Positions 19,049 through 28,748 are shown, counted from the stretch's first letter. The stretch: 64,000 nt of DNA from Kiritimatiellia bacterium (GCA_040767085.1 JAXGPF010000003.1:192001-256000); one strand, 5' to 3'. Numbers and translations: made by a program. Notes: a model not told the origin generated them from the sequence alone.

Positions 19049-20557
19049 ATGACACAAGTGCGGATAAATAACTTTAAATGTTTTGAAGAGGCTATTGTGC
19101 CGTTGCGCCGCTTGACCTTTATTTATGGACAAAACAGTTCCGGTAAAAGCACGATTTTTCAGGCAATTAATCTGATCCGGCTGGTCATTATGCAACTTAA
19201 TAAAAAAGAGAGTAGATACAGCAAAAACAAGGAACAAGACAAGTCGCGCGAAGATGAAGATATCGGAATGGATGCTTGGAAACGGATCCCTTGGTTTCGC
19301 GGTGGCATTTCAGCCATGCAACGGGACAAAAACGATCCCATTAAAATTGGCTTTACATTGAAATTGGAAGGAGATGGCACAGAAGGAAGCACCTATATTA
19401 CCACAGATATGTCTGTTGGTAATAAGTGGGATTTAGGAAAACACGGCAATTCCCTGCCGGACAAAATTGTTTTTGGCTTTCAATATGGCAAACTTGATGC
19501 GTTCCGCGACAAGGATAACAAATATTTAGATTTAACGATCACGATAAACAATCGCGTGCCAGAAAACCAACAAAGCGTTTTTAGCCGGCAATTCGGCTTT
19601 GTGCAAGTGTCACCGACCCTGTTGGATTGGTTTTGCAGGGAATATAGTCCCGCAAGCGAGCAAATATTCCGGGATTATTTTAATAGCCCATTACCCTTGA
19701 ATTGGGGCGAGGTGCCCTTTTTTAAATCCTTTAACAAAAAGCCTAAATATCCCAATAATGATCATGCGTTTAATAAGGCCTACAAATGGGTTAATGGTTC
19801 GCTTGAACGCGCGTGGGGAGAAATAGAGGATTATCTTAAACCAGCACTCTTGATGGGGTTTTATTCCGGACATATATCCGCCGATGAACATTATATAGGG
19901 CACGATATTCGAAATACTAACGTAAGATTTCATTTAAAAAAAGAATTTGATGATTTCCTAAATAATGAAAAGGTTATAAACCAGGTAAACGAAGCTCTCA
20001 ACCTTCTGGATACTCCACATCGTCTGGATTCAAAGAAAGGCATTCTTGATCTGCGCAAGCAAACATCTGAAAAAGGGAGCGTTTTGACGGAAGTTGGTTA
20101 TGGTATCCAATACCTTGTCCCGAGGCTTTTGTTGCTTTTTGGCGGAGAGCATCCACTATGCATGATCGAGGAGCCAGAAGCACATGTGCATCCGCGTTTA
20201 CAAGCCAAGCTTGGTTCATTGTTTTTAAAACAATCAGCATCTGCTGATATGATGCGGCAACTTATAATAGAAAGTCATAGTGAAAATCTTATTTTGCAAA
20301 TTAAACGCAATATTCATGATATGGCTGAAGCGGATGCAGAAACAGCGAAAAAATGGGCTGATAACATTTTGGCGCTTTACGTTGATTACTCACAGGACAC
20401 TGCAACGCCAGATATTGAAGCCGACGCGGAAAAGCCACAGGCAAACGTTGAGGCAACTCCCCGGATATCATACATCCGAATTGACAGCGAGGGTAATTTT
20501 ATGGATTATTGGCCTAAAGGATTCTTCCCTGAACGTCAAGAAAACCTTTACTACTGA
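19049..20557 (+). CDS. ABC-type (AAA_21-like) ATPase with DUF3696 C-terminus
   Basis: INNFKCF, Walker A GQNSSGKST, VGYG signature, IEEPEAHVHP, IIESHSE, WPKGFF. Confidence 0.9.
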   Translation: MTQVRINNFKCFEEAIVPLRRLTFIYGQNSSGKSTIFQAINLIRLVIMQLNKKESRYSKNKEQDKSREDEDIGMDAWKRIPWFRGGISAMQRDKNDPIKIGFTLKLEGDGTEGSTYITTDMSVGNKWDLGKHGNSLPDKIVFGFQYGKLDAFRDKDNKYLDLTITINNRVPENQQSVFSRQFGFVQVSPTLLDWFCREYSPASEQIFRDYFNSPLPLNWGEVPFFKSFNKKPKYPNNDHAFNKAYKWVNGSLERAWGEIEDYLKPALLMGFYSGHISADEHYIGHDIRNTNVRFHLKKEFDDFLNNEKVINQVNEALNLLDTPHRLDSKKGILDLRKQTSEKGSVLTEVGYGIQYLVPRLLLLFGGEHPLCMIEEPEAHVHPRLQAKLGSLFLKQSASADMMRQLIIESHSENLILQIKRNIHDMAEADAETAKKWADNILALYVDYSQDTATPDIEADAEKPQANVEATPRISYIRIDSEGNFMDYWPKGFFPERQENLYY

Positions 20558-20564
20558 TTTTGCT

Positions 20565-21752
20565 ATGCTCAATTATTGCACCATAGACCCATTTCTCGTT
20601 ACGATGGCGAGAACACCAACAATCCCCTCATCGGGTAACAATATACAAATATCTACTACTTCGGAACCAGCTCCCTCGTCTACTGTCCCCAGACAGGTTG
20701 GTCACAGTTCAATCCGATATTTTCTGAAGAGAGTTGCCAGCCGGCACATTTTGTGCGACTTTTTCCTGGGAGTGAGTGGATCCGGAACGTGTAAATATCG
20801 AAAATATTTTGAGGACATAGTTTTTGCCGGTGAAAATCATTTTGCCGTCTACTGGCGGGAATTTTCTTTGGCTCGACATTTTGAGCGATTAAAAACAGAT
20901 TTTACGAATTTCCGTGATAAGGATCGCCTTGCGAAAATATGCCCGGATGTTTGCCCAAAATCATCTGCGGGTGCTGATGACTGGGGCAACTGGGCCATGA
21001 AAATGGGCTACCTGTTGGCAGGATGCGCCGCCGACGATATAACAATAATTATTGCGCACCATAAGACGGTTGAAATGCTGAATGCGCTACTTAACCATTT
21101 TAAATGTGCGCTTACCCCTGAAACAAGCGCTTATATTGAAAAGTATCGGCGAAACTGCGTAACCGTAGAGAACCAAGCTGAAGCAAGCGGCTTGAAGTTG
21201 AGCGGCAACTTGGAGGTCCTCGAAAATTCGTGGTTTTTGCTTTCAAGCGTGGAACGGTTTGACCGCCGGATAAATCTTTCAATAGGCCTAAATTTAGCGG
21301 GAATACCGGTGACCGAGTTTTTAAAATTGTTAAACCCTATTCGCCAATGCTTTCCGCATGTCTACGCAATACAATCCTCCAAGCCACCAAATAAAACCTT
21401 GGCTTTATGGAAACAAAACAATTTTAATATCAATATAATTACCACTGATAGTTTACCAAAAGAGCATAAAGGGCTTTGGCATGATCGGTTTATTGTATTT
21501 GCTTCACATCCTCGAGAGCAGGGCATGCGATCACCACACCGGTTTGTAGCGTTGGTATTTTCAGCGCCATTTGAGCAGATATTTTATGTGCCTGAACAAC
21601 ATTTTATGCGCCATAATACTTTTTATTTGCGCCAAGGTACTTGCCTTTTGCGCTGTGACAGTGATTGTTCTAATACTCCAGGGTCTCATGAAAATATAGC
21701 AAGCTTTCTTGCAAATACTTCAGCTACGCTCCCCCCTTTATCTGAACCATGA
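20565..21752 (+). CDS. Hypothetical protein with C-terminal HDRF motif (possible PLD-like nuclease)
   Basis: ATG 7 nt after the ATPase stop; GLWHDRFIVF; overlaps the next start (ATGA). Confidence 0.6.
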   Translation: MLNYCTIDPFLVTMARTPTIPSSGNNIQISTTSEPAPSSTVPRQVGHSSIRYFLKRVASRHILCDFFLGVSGSGTCKYRKYFEDIVFAGENHFAVYWREFSLARHFERLKTDFTNFRDKDRLAKICPDVCPKSSAGADDWGNWAMKMGYLLAGCAADDITIIIAHHKTVEMLNALLNHFKCALTPETSAYIEKYRRNCVTVENQAEASGLKLSGNLEVLENSWFLLSSVERFDRRINLSIGLNLAGIPVTEFLKLLNPIRQCFPHVYAIQSSKPPNKTLALWKQNNFNINIITTDSLPKEHKGLWHDRFIVFASHPREQGMRSPHRFVALVFSAPFEQIFYVPEQHFMRHNTFYLRQGTCLLRCDSDCSNTPGSHENIASFLANTSATLPPLSEP

Positions 21753-23233
21753 AGACAAACGCTATGCCTGTCTCAAACAAAGTATCGTGTGGCATCGGAA
21801 ACTATCCTGATGCTTTATTACGGCTATCTCAACAGCATCAGCCTTTTTGCGATTGGCTCTTGCTCGGACGTTACATTCTTCTGGGAGACGATGGAATTTC
21901 CAATGATGAGCGCAAGGATATCAAGCGGACGAAAGAATATCAACAATTTGCCAATATGTTTTTTGATTTAATCCAGAATATCGAGCGTAATACTCTTGTT
22001 ATTAACTCCGAAACCGCAGACATCCTGACTGGTCTTGCGGCATTTTATGTTTCTTTACGATGTGTTGTGTCGTACAAAAAGAATGTCATGATCAAGGCCA
22101 TGCAATACAACATATTGTTGTATAATTCTATAATATCGGCAATGAAGAGAAACAAAATACACTCATCTATATTTGCCGAAAACATAGTCGCTGGATGTGA
22201 AATTGTGCTCAAGGCAACCGCTAATGACAAGAAGAAAACCCCAGAAGCGCTGGATGCCGGCGTTGATCTGTTGGGTAAATTAATGGAAAGAGTTCCAGGT
22301 GCAACGCCGCTGGGTGACGCCATATTGCGTTATATACGTGATTGGCAGGCGCTGGGCTCCATTGAGGATTCCTGGCTTGAACAAAAACGTGATCAGGCTT
22401 TGTTGCGTTATGTAGGGATAGACGACAACTATTTAAGCAAATATGAAGAATTCAAGGCATGGACGAATTATCACCCTGATGATAATGGTGCAGCAAAAAG
22501 ACTTTTCTTTTTTGCTAAACCTTTAGTTGAAGTGTTTTGCCGGGAAAAACGTTATGAAGACGCCGCTAAAGTATGTGTTGATATTTATAATTTGCACATT
22601 CTTTCAGACACATACAAGCAAGCCATGTTTTGCTTGTTTTACGACTCTTTAACCTTGGATTTGTCTAACGCCAAATGTGAGATCAACCTCGCCCTAAATG
22701 CGCTTATAATTATTTTTGACAAACTAAAACCGGCGGATAATTTTGTTTCAGCCCATTTTGCTGAATTAAAATTATGGGCTGCTATTGGACATATTCAGGC
22801 AAGACGTTCAAAAGACAACGCATCCATTATTAAAGATTTGCCAGAACCCTTGCCCATATCTGAACATGCTCAAAATAAAATTGCCTGGGAAATTTATCGC
22901 CGTTGCAAGCTTTGTATAAAAACTGACCCAATAATGGTTATTGACATGCTTGAACTATATGCTCATTTATCGGAAATAGAAAAGCCGTCTTTGCTTCATT
23001 CCATGATGTTGCAATACGCAACACGTGTTGGTTCATCTTGGACTGGTTTTATTAAATTTATGCGTACACGAGATATGGCTACTTTCCGCCCGGAGGATTT
23101 CAAGACGACAGTTTATGGCAATCGCACATATAACAGTTTGGTTGATAACACTATAAAATGCCTATATCAAACAATAAAACATCAAAAATGGCGTATTATG
23201 GAATCGGCAAGACCCACCGTCAAGGCAATATAG
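21749..23233 (+). CDS. N-terminal part of a helical/TPR-OB-fold protein (DUF7017/TOTE-like), probably a split gene
   Basis: AWEIY...EKPSLLHSMMLQYA...FRPEDF...YNSLV resembles the N-half of TPR + S1/CSD proteins. Confidence 0.6.
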   Translation: MKTNAMPVSNKVSCGIGNYPDALLRLSQQHQPFCDWLLLGRYILLGDDGISNDERKDIKRTKEYQQFANMFFDLIQNIERNTLVINSETADILTGLAAFYVSLRCVVSYKKNVMIKAMQYNILLYNSIISAMKRNKIHSSIFAENIVAGCEIVLKATANDKKKTPEALDAGVDLLGKLMERVPGATPLGDAILRYIRDWQALGSIEDSWLEQKRDQALLRYVGIDDNYLSKYEEFKAWTNYHPDDNGAAKRLFFFAKPLVEVFCREKRYEDAAKVCVDIYNLHILSDTYKQAMFCLFYDSLTLDLSNAKCEINLALNALIIIFDKLKPADNFVSAHFAELKLWAAIGHIQARRSKDNASIIKDLPEPLPISEHAQNKIAWEIYRRCKLCIKTDPIMVIDMLELYAHLSEIEKPSLLHSMMLQYATRVGSSWTGFIKFMRTRDMATFRPEDFKTTVYGNRTYNSLVDNTIKCLYQTIKHQKWRIMESARPTVKAI

Positions 23234-23239
23234 GCCGTA

Positions 23240-24699
23240 TTGGACTATCCCCAAAATATCCTGTGGGATTTTGCGCGGATAGTGTTATTTTCTAAGAAAG
23301 TGAGTGAAAAACGGATTTTTCTGACCATCTGGAAAGTGAAATAGTGGTCTCCAACTGGAAATCCCGTATAATTGGGGTTGAACCAACCAAGAAGGAGACC
23401 ACCGGAATGAATAATAGTCAGACGGCATTCAAATTGCGATCTCAACTTTTAAAATATTTGGGGATATTTTCACCCCATTTTTCCAAACCAGCATTGGCTT
23501 TTCTTGGTGACATGCTCTATGGGATCCAGGCATCCAAAGATATCAAGCTGAGTTGCATTGGCAGGGGCCTGGACGAGGTGATTTCGCTCAAGAAAACCGA
23601 AGAGCGATTAAGCCGGAATCTGGGATGTGAGGGGCTGGCTCAGAGGGTATCGGATTGTTTGGCGTGTGAAGGCGCCAGGCACATAGGGAATGACACCTTG
23701 ATTGTGATAGATCCGACCGATATTCGGAAGCTCTACGCCCGGAAAATGCCATATTTGGCAAAAGTGCGAGACGGGAGCAGCGGCGAGATCGGCAACGGGT
23801 ATCATTGCGGTGTTGCAGTGGCTTGCGAAAGCGGCGGACGCAGTATAGTCCCTTTGCATCTGCGCCTATGGTCGAGCACCGCGCCTGATTTCAAAAGTGA
23901 AAACGATGAGATTGAACAAATCGTCAGCACTATCTGCGCGGGTGCAAAACGACGCGGGATTTACGTTGTGGACCGCGGCGGCGACCGTGACAAGCTGTTT
24001 AATGTGTTAATTGACAGACGCTTGCGATTCATTGTGCGTTTGATTGGCCACCGCCATCTGTTGTGGAGAAAACGCCCCATCCTGGCTGAAAAGCTAGTTG
24101 GTAAATGCCGGATTTCTCACGTTGAAACCATCCGTCGTGAAACTGCCGAAGGTGAAAAAATTTACCGGATTGAATACGGTGCAATTAATGTGTTTCTGCC
24201 GGAACATCCCGATAAACCATTGCGCATGGTCGTTGTGAAGGGATTTGGAGCAAAGCCCATGATGCTCCTGACGGACTTGGCCGGTGGAGATTCCCGGAAA
24301 GGTCTCTGGCAGGTCATTGAAGGATACCTGAGTCGCTGGCGGGTCGAAGATGCGATTCGCTACATCAAGCAAAGCTATCGCCTTGAGGACATCCGCCTGA
24401 TGGATTACACGCGGCTTCGCAACATGATGGCCATGCTGCTGGCCACTGTTTTCTTTGCTTCCGTGTGGCTCGGCAAATCTTTACGCAAAAGCATTCTGGT
24501 CGGCAACATCACCCGCGTTTCCAAGCGACTTTTCGGTGTAGTGGAGTTCCATTATTACGCTATCGCTGACGGCATTGCCGCCTTGTTGCGCCGTTTCGGA
24601 AAATGGCACGGCGCCTGGAATGGCCCCGCCCGAAACACTGTCTCACACCAATTGGAATTAGCCTTGTTTGATTCAGGATAAAAAATGGGGATAGTCCAA
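23240..24699 (+). mobile_element. IS4-family insertion sequence, 1460 bp
   Basis: 14-bp perfect IRs TTGGACTATCCCCA (23240-23253 and 24686-24699); 13-bp target duplication AATATAGGCCGTA (23227-23239, 24700-24712). Confidence 0.93.
23407..24681 (+). CDS. IS4-family DDE transposase
   Basis: IVIDPTD, VVDRGGD, YLSRWRVEDAIRYIK (Y-2-R-3-E-6-K). Confidence 0.92.
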   Translation: MNNSQTAFKLRSQLLKYLGIFSPHFSKPALAFLGDMLYGIQASKDIKLSCIGRGLDEVISLKKTEERLSRNLGCEGLAQRVSDCLACEGARHIGNDTLIVIDPTDIRKLYARKMPYLAKVRDGSSGEIGNGYHCGVAVACESGGRSIVPLHLRLWSSTAPDFKSENDEIEQIVSTICAGAKRRGIYVVDRGGDRDKLFNVLIDRRLRFIVRLIGHRHLLWRKRPILAEKLVGKCRISHVETIRRETAEGEKIYRIEYGAINVFLPEHPDKPLRMVVVKGFGAKPMMLLTDLAGGDSRKGLWQVIEGYLSRWRVEDAIRYIKQSYRLEDIRLMDYTRLRNMMAMLLATVFFASVWLGKSLRKSILVGNITRVSKRLFGVVEFHYYAIADGIAALLRRFGKWHGAWNGPARNTVSHQLELALFDSG

Positions 24700-24762
24700 A
24701 ATATAGGCCGTAAAGTATACGGAAGCACTTGATGAAGCATCCGTAGAGCTATAACCATAATA

Positions 24763-24798
24763 CACCCACTCCCGTATAGACGGGGGTGGGTGATTTTT
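24763..24798 (+). terminator. Strong hairpin followed by a T tract
   Basis: CACCCACTCCCGT-ATAG-ACGGGGGTGGGTG-ATTTTT. Confidence 0.55.
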
Positions 24799-24872
24799 AA
24801 AGAGATCTCTTTGCTTGCTCTTGTATAGTTTAGCCTTCGTAATTGGTATTGCCAAATATTCAGGATATTAAG

Positions 24873-26147
24873 ATGGATAATGAATCAAAAACCACTGCGA
24901 AGAAGGATGACGCAGAACATCGCCTTGCGGAGTTGCATAACACGCAAAAAGTAAAGAATACCGGTGACGCGCCTTCAAAAGCCGGAAATGATGACTTCGA
25001 TATAGAGATCAAAAAACAGACCGCCGATACTGAAGAAGATTACCAGGCGCTAATTGACGCATACGAAGACGAATGCGCCCCAGTTGATGAATTGGATTGC
25101 CCGGACGATAGCACAGACGATATTTCTGATTTGTCTTTCGCGCTCGATTTTGTCCAACGCTATTACAAGCAGTGTTCACAACAAACATACGCGGCATATT
25201 ACTACGCAAAACTGCTTTTATTCGCTGATCATAAAAATCAGGCACAAACAGTGTTGCTTGAAGACGCGATTAGTCTTTCCAACAAATATTGGTTTTGGAC
25301 AACGCTCGCTGATACTTTCCAAAACAATGACGACAAAAAACGCCAGGCATGTCTATGCAAGGCGATATTGACAGCCCGGCCCGAAGACGCAAAATATCTA
25401 AATCCTTTGCGCAGGGATTTGCGCGACATATTTAAAGACAACCCAGAATATAACACTGAATCCGACAATTTACCGCTTTATCAGAAATACGCTATTCCAG
25501 CCGATGCAATCGCGACTACAACTCTTAATTGGTTGCCGGCTGTTGTGTTGGGCGTCAAGGATGGAAGCAATATCCGCGTATTATTTCGACAAGATGATAT
25601 GTATTTGTGCGCGAAAGGCACACTAAACGACAACAAATGGTCACACCTTAAACGCGGCGCTTCTATTAGCGTAAAAATCACGGGGAACGCACCTGACATC
25701 ATGGTTCTTTGCATTAAAATACGACGTGCATCAGACTGGAGTATTTTGCCATGGGAGTTTGCAGTTGTTGTGCAAAAATATTCAGCTCGCAAAAGCGTAA
25801 TATTGGCTTTAGTAAAGGGGAAAACACTGATTGTGTCCTCGCGGATATGGCGGGAAGCGGTGAATTGGGAATTAGGCGACATACTGCAAATTAAAATCTT
25901 GCGCGCGGATGGCGAGGAAATAATTGTCGCCTCGAAAATATCACATAAAACCCCCGATTTTGTAAAAAAGACAACCAGTGTCGTTTTGCAAATTAATAAT
26001 GAAGGATGCGCTTGGGTTGATGATGATACTTTTCTGCCGCGCAGACTGACCGCATAGCTTGGTTTAATGAAAGGCGACAAGGTAAGCCTGACAGCGGTTG
26101 AAACCGCGCAAAACAAGTGGGAAACTATTCAAGCCGATAAAAATTGA
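24873..26147 (+). pseudogene. C-terminal part of the TPR-OB protein with an internal TAG at 26055-26057
   Basis: YYYAKLLL...YWFWTTLADTF...ACLCKAI (TPR-like), then beta-rich OB-like repeats; the frame continues past TAG as LGLMKGDKVSLTAVETAQNKWETIQADKN. Confidence 0.65.
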
Positions 26148-26151
26148 TTTT

Positions 26152-26260
26152 GAGACGCTGTAGAGGTGTGTTTGAGGCCGATGAATGCAATTGCTCGGCC
26201 GGTTATTACGGGTCAGTATGACCCAATGTCGATTCGATGTTAAATCCTCTGCAGCGTCTC
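26152..26260 (+). ncRNA. Candidate RT-associated structured ncRNA
   Basis: 15-bp closing stem GAGACGCTGTAGAGG/CCTCTGCAGCGTCTC (one G-U pair) enclosing hairpins GGCCGA/TCGGCC and GGGTCA/TGACCC; ends 8 nt before the RT ATG. Confidence 0.65.
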
Positions 26261-26268
26261 TTTATTTT

Positions 26269-27987
26269 ATGAGTGAATTGATCGCCAGCGTAACATTGCA
26301 TAAAGTTGCTAATATTCTGATAGGGTTGCGCCTAAAGGATATGCGCGCGCGCCATGATTGCCTTTTTTATTATCAAATCAGTGATGCGGCGCCTTCCGAA
26401 GAGGCCATGCGCGAGTCCGGCGCAGCGAATTATTTGCCGCCACGCCGGCAATGGATACGTCCTGCCCGAGCGGACAGAGCCGGTTTGAATCACGATGCTG
26501 TCGTGCGCAAAGGGATATGGAAAACAATAGCCACACATTTGCGTGGTGGCACGCTCGACAGCACCCTCTGGGGACAACAACTTCTTTCTTTACACGCTGA
26601 AATACAGGAAGCGTTTAATGCGCCTGAAAACACTGTGTTTACACCACCTGACGTTTTGTTAATAAAAAAAGCTGAAACCGGCAAGTATCGCATAATGGCG
26701 CCCTGCGCAAACATAAAGGAGCGTATAATCAGTGGTATTCTGGCGCGCTATTTTGAAGATTTAATTGAATCAGTATTGGATGATTCGTGTTATTCCTTCC
26801 GCATGAACGGCCAAACTCTCCACGACGCAATTTTGAATCTACAGACATATAGCCAAAACAACACCGACAAAATGCTGTATGTTGCAGAATGCGACTTGCG
26901 TGGGTTTTTTGACAGTCTATGCCATGATGTTGCCATTGATGCCGTAAAATATTTGGCTTCTATTCGCCACATAACCATTGATCCCGGAGCCATGGTTTTG
27001 CTGAATTCACTTTTGCGCTCATATTCTTTTCCGGGTTATGCGTTACCTAAAGCACTTGAAAAATTAAAAGATAATACGACAGGTTGCATTGACTGGTTGT
27101 CTCCACAAGAGCGCAATAAAATATATGGCAAAATTGCAGATACCGCCATAGGTATCCCGCAGGGAAATCCGATTTCTCCTGTTTTGGCAAATGCAGCATT
27201 AACTTTTGCGGACAAACAAGTTAAATCCGTATTGGGAACCGAAGGCTTTTACGCACGCTATTGTGATGATATAATTCTTTTACATCCTGACAGAAAAATA
27301 TGTGATTCAGGCTTGAAAGCTTATTATCACGCCATTACAAAACTTCGTCTGCCGGCACACCCAGCGGAGATTGTTGTAAAATACAGCAAATCTCATTACA
27401 ATAAAAAATCCCGCAAACCTTACCCTTGGGGTGACGATAAATCCATGGAAAAGGCTATGCCGTGGATACAATTTGTTGGGTATCAACTGCACAGGGACGG
27501 AATAATTAGAATTCGCAAACAAAGTATAAATAATCAAAAAATGGCAATAAACAAAGTCGTTGCTACAGCTCGGAAGATTGTTCACAAATCTAAAAAAAAC
27601 AATATTCCGTTGAAACTGGACCCGAAAAAAATATATTGCAAAGTGATAATGCGCCTTGTTCGCGCAGGGCTTGGCGACCGCCGGCCTAAAGCAGGCACAC
27701 ATCCGATCGCTGAGCCATGCTGGATTGACGCATTCCCTCTGATCGAAAGGAATCCATGGACAGAAAAGCAAATGCGGGAATTGGATCGCCATAGAGAGAT
27801 TGCATCGCGTAAATTTAAATATTGGCTCGTAAATAATGACAATTTTGTCGAAAACAATGAGTTTTCTGGCCGAAATAAAGAAAAACGCCCTGAACCATTT
27901 TATGGTGCCCCATACAGTTATTATTGCGCGTTGGATAGAGAAAAGAACAGAATCAGGGATTTTAATGCAAATTATGGCAATATTTAA
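26269..27987 (+). CDS. Reverse transcriptase (unknown-group/DRT-like)
   Basis: KKAETGKYR, DDSCYSFR, ECDLRGFFDSL, GIPQGNPISPVLAN, ARYCDDII, IQFVGY. Start placed at MSELI. Confidence 0.92.
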   Translation: MSELIASVTLHKVANILIGLRLKDMRARHDCLFYYQISDAAPSEEAMRESGAANYLPPRRQWIRPARADRAGLNHDAVVRKGIWKTIATHLRGGTLDSTLWGQQLLSLHAEIQEAFNAPENTVFTPPDVLLIKKAETGKYRIMAPCANIKERIISGILARYFEDLIESVLDDSCYSFRMNGQTLHDAILNLQTYSQNNTDKMLYVAECDLRGFFDSLCHDVAIDAVKYLASIRHITIDPGAMVLLNSLLRSYSFPGYALPKALEKLKDNTTGCIDWLSPQERNKIYGKIADTAIGIPQGNPISPVLANAALTFADKQVKSVLGTEGFYARYCDDIILLHPDRKICDSGLKAYYHAITKLRLPAHPAEIVVKYSKSHYNKKSRKPYPWGDDKSMEKAMPWIQFVGYQLHRDGIIRIRKQSINNQKMAINKVVATARKIVHKSKKNNIPLKLDPKKIYCKVIMRLVRAGLGDRRPKAGTHPIAEPCWIDAFPLIERNPWTEKQMRELDRHREIASRKFKYWLVNNDNFVENNEFSGRNKEKRPEPFYGAPYSYYCALDREKNRIRDFNANYGNI

Positions 27988-28748
27988 TTACCCGAAGATT
28001 TTTCCCATTCCCCGGCATCGGCAATATGCACGAAACACCGGCTGGTGTGGGTGGTGTCCCAGTCTGTTAAATCGTATGGATCCTGGGCATGTTTTTGCTT
28101 TTTCCGCCGGCCAGGCGCCAGCCCCATGCCATACGCTGGGCTGGGTTCGCCAACCATGTTGTATCTTGTCTTATTCCGGATCGGAAACCGCCGAATAAAT
28201 GCCGCGCTTTTCATGGGAAATACCATGATTTGCAGTCCGCCATAGACTGACTGCCCTGTTATTTGCTCTTCCACGGTTTGTCCGGATCCCATCGGCGCCG
28301 CCACAAATTGGCGAACGATTCCGGGGCCGGAACAATAGCCGTCTAATTTACGCTGTTCGGGAATCACCAGATAATTCTGGGGATGTCGACTGAGCGTGTT
28401 TTCCCATCGCTGACCGGTAACGGCATTGATTTTGCCGGCAGCCACCAGCACGGCAAACGGATACGCGGAACCACTATCCTCAATGTATGCCGAGTTAAAG
28501 GTCAAGCGCAGCGCTTCTGACTGAGCCATGGGCAGCATGACCCCGCCATGCTCCAGCCAGGCGGCGGAGATTTTTCCGGCAAAATCATCTACGTGGTATA
28601 AAGGGCAACGGTCCGTGGCATTTGGCAGGACATCGCCTTTTCTATCATCGCGCGAGCGCCGCGTGCGCTGAAATGCCACCCGCATTGCAGCGCTGGGATG
28701 GACTTCGGGAAACGAGAATACGAGTTGTTTATTTTCGATTAAAATCAC
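27984..28748 (-). CDS. Conserved hypothetical protein, possibly C-terminally truncated
   Basis: GGVMLPMAQSEAL, GKINAVTG, PQNYLVIPEQRKLDGY, VRQFVAAPMGSGQTVEEQ match a widespread uncharacterised family. Confidence 0.7.
   Translation of the reverse strand: MILIENKQLVFSFPEVHPSAAMRVAFQRTRRSRDDRKGDVLPNATDRCPLYHVDDFAGKISAAWLEHGGVMLPMAQSEALRLTFNSAYIEDSGSAYPFAVLVAAGKINAVTGQRWENTLSRHPQNYLVIPEQRKLDGYCSGPGIVRQFVAAPMGSGQTVEEQITGQSVYGGLQIMVFPMKSAAFIRRFPIRNKTRYNMVGEPSPAYGMGLAPGRRKKQKHAQDPYDLTDWDTTHTSRCFVHIADAGEWEKSSGN

Noticed and set aside
24725-24760. Hammerhead ribozyme core (TTGATGA...)
   Set aside because: Lacks the CUGAUGA/GAAA consensus.
26185-26268. Longer RT N-terminus from the ORF track
   Set aside because: It overlaps the predicted RNA structure; the ATG at 26269 is more plausible.
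26152-27987. Classical retron, DGR or group II intron
   Set aside because: No VTG motif or long msd hairpin, no TR/VR pair or GxxxSQ motif, no maturase or intron domain V seen.
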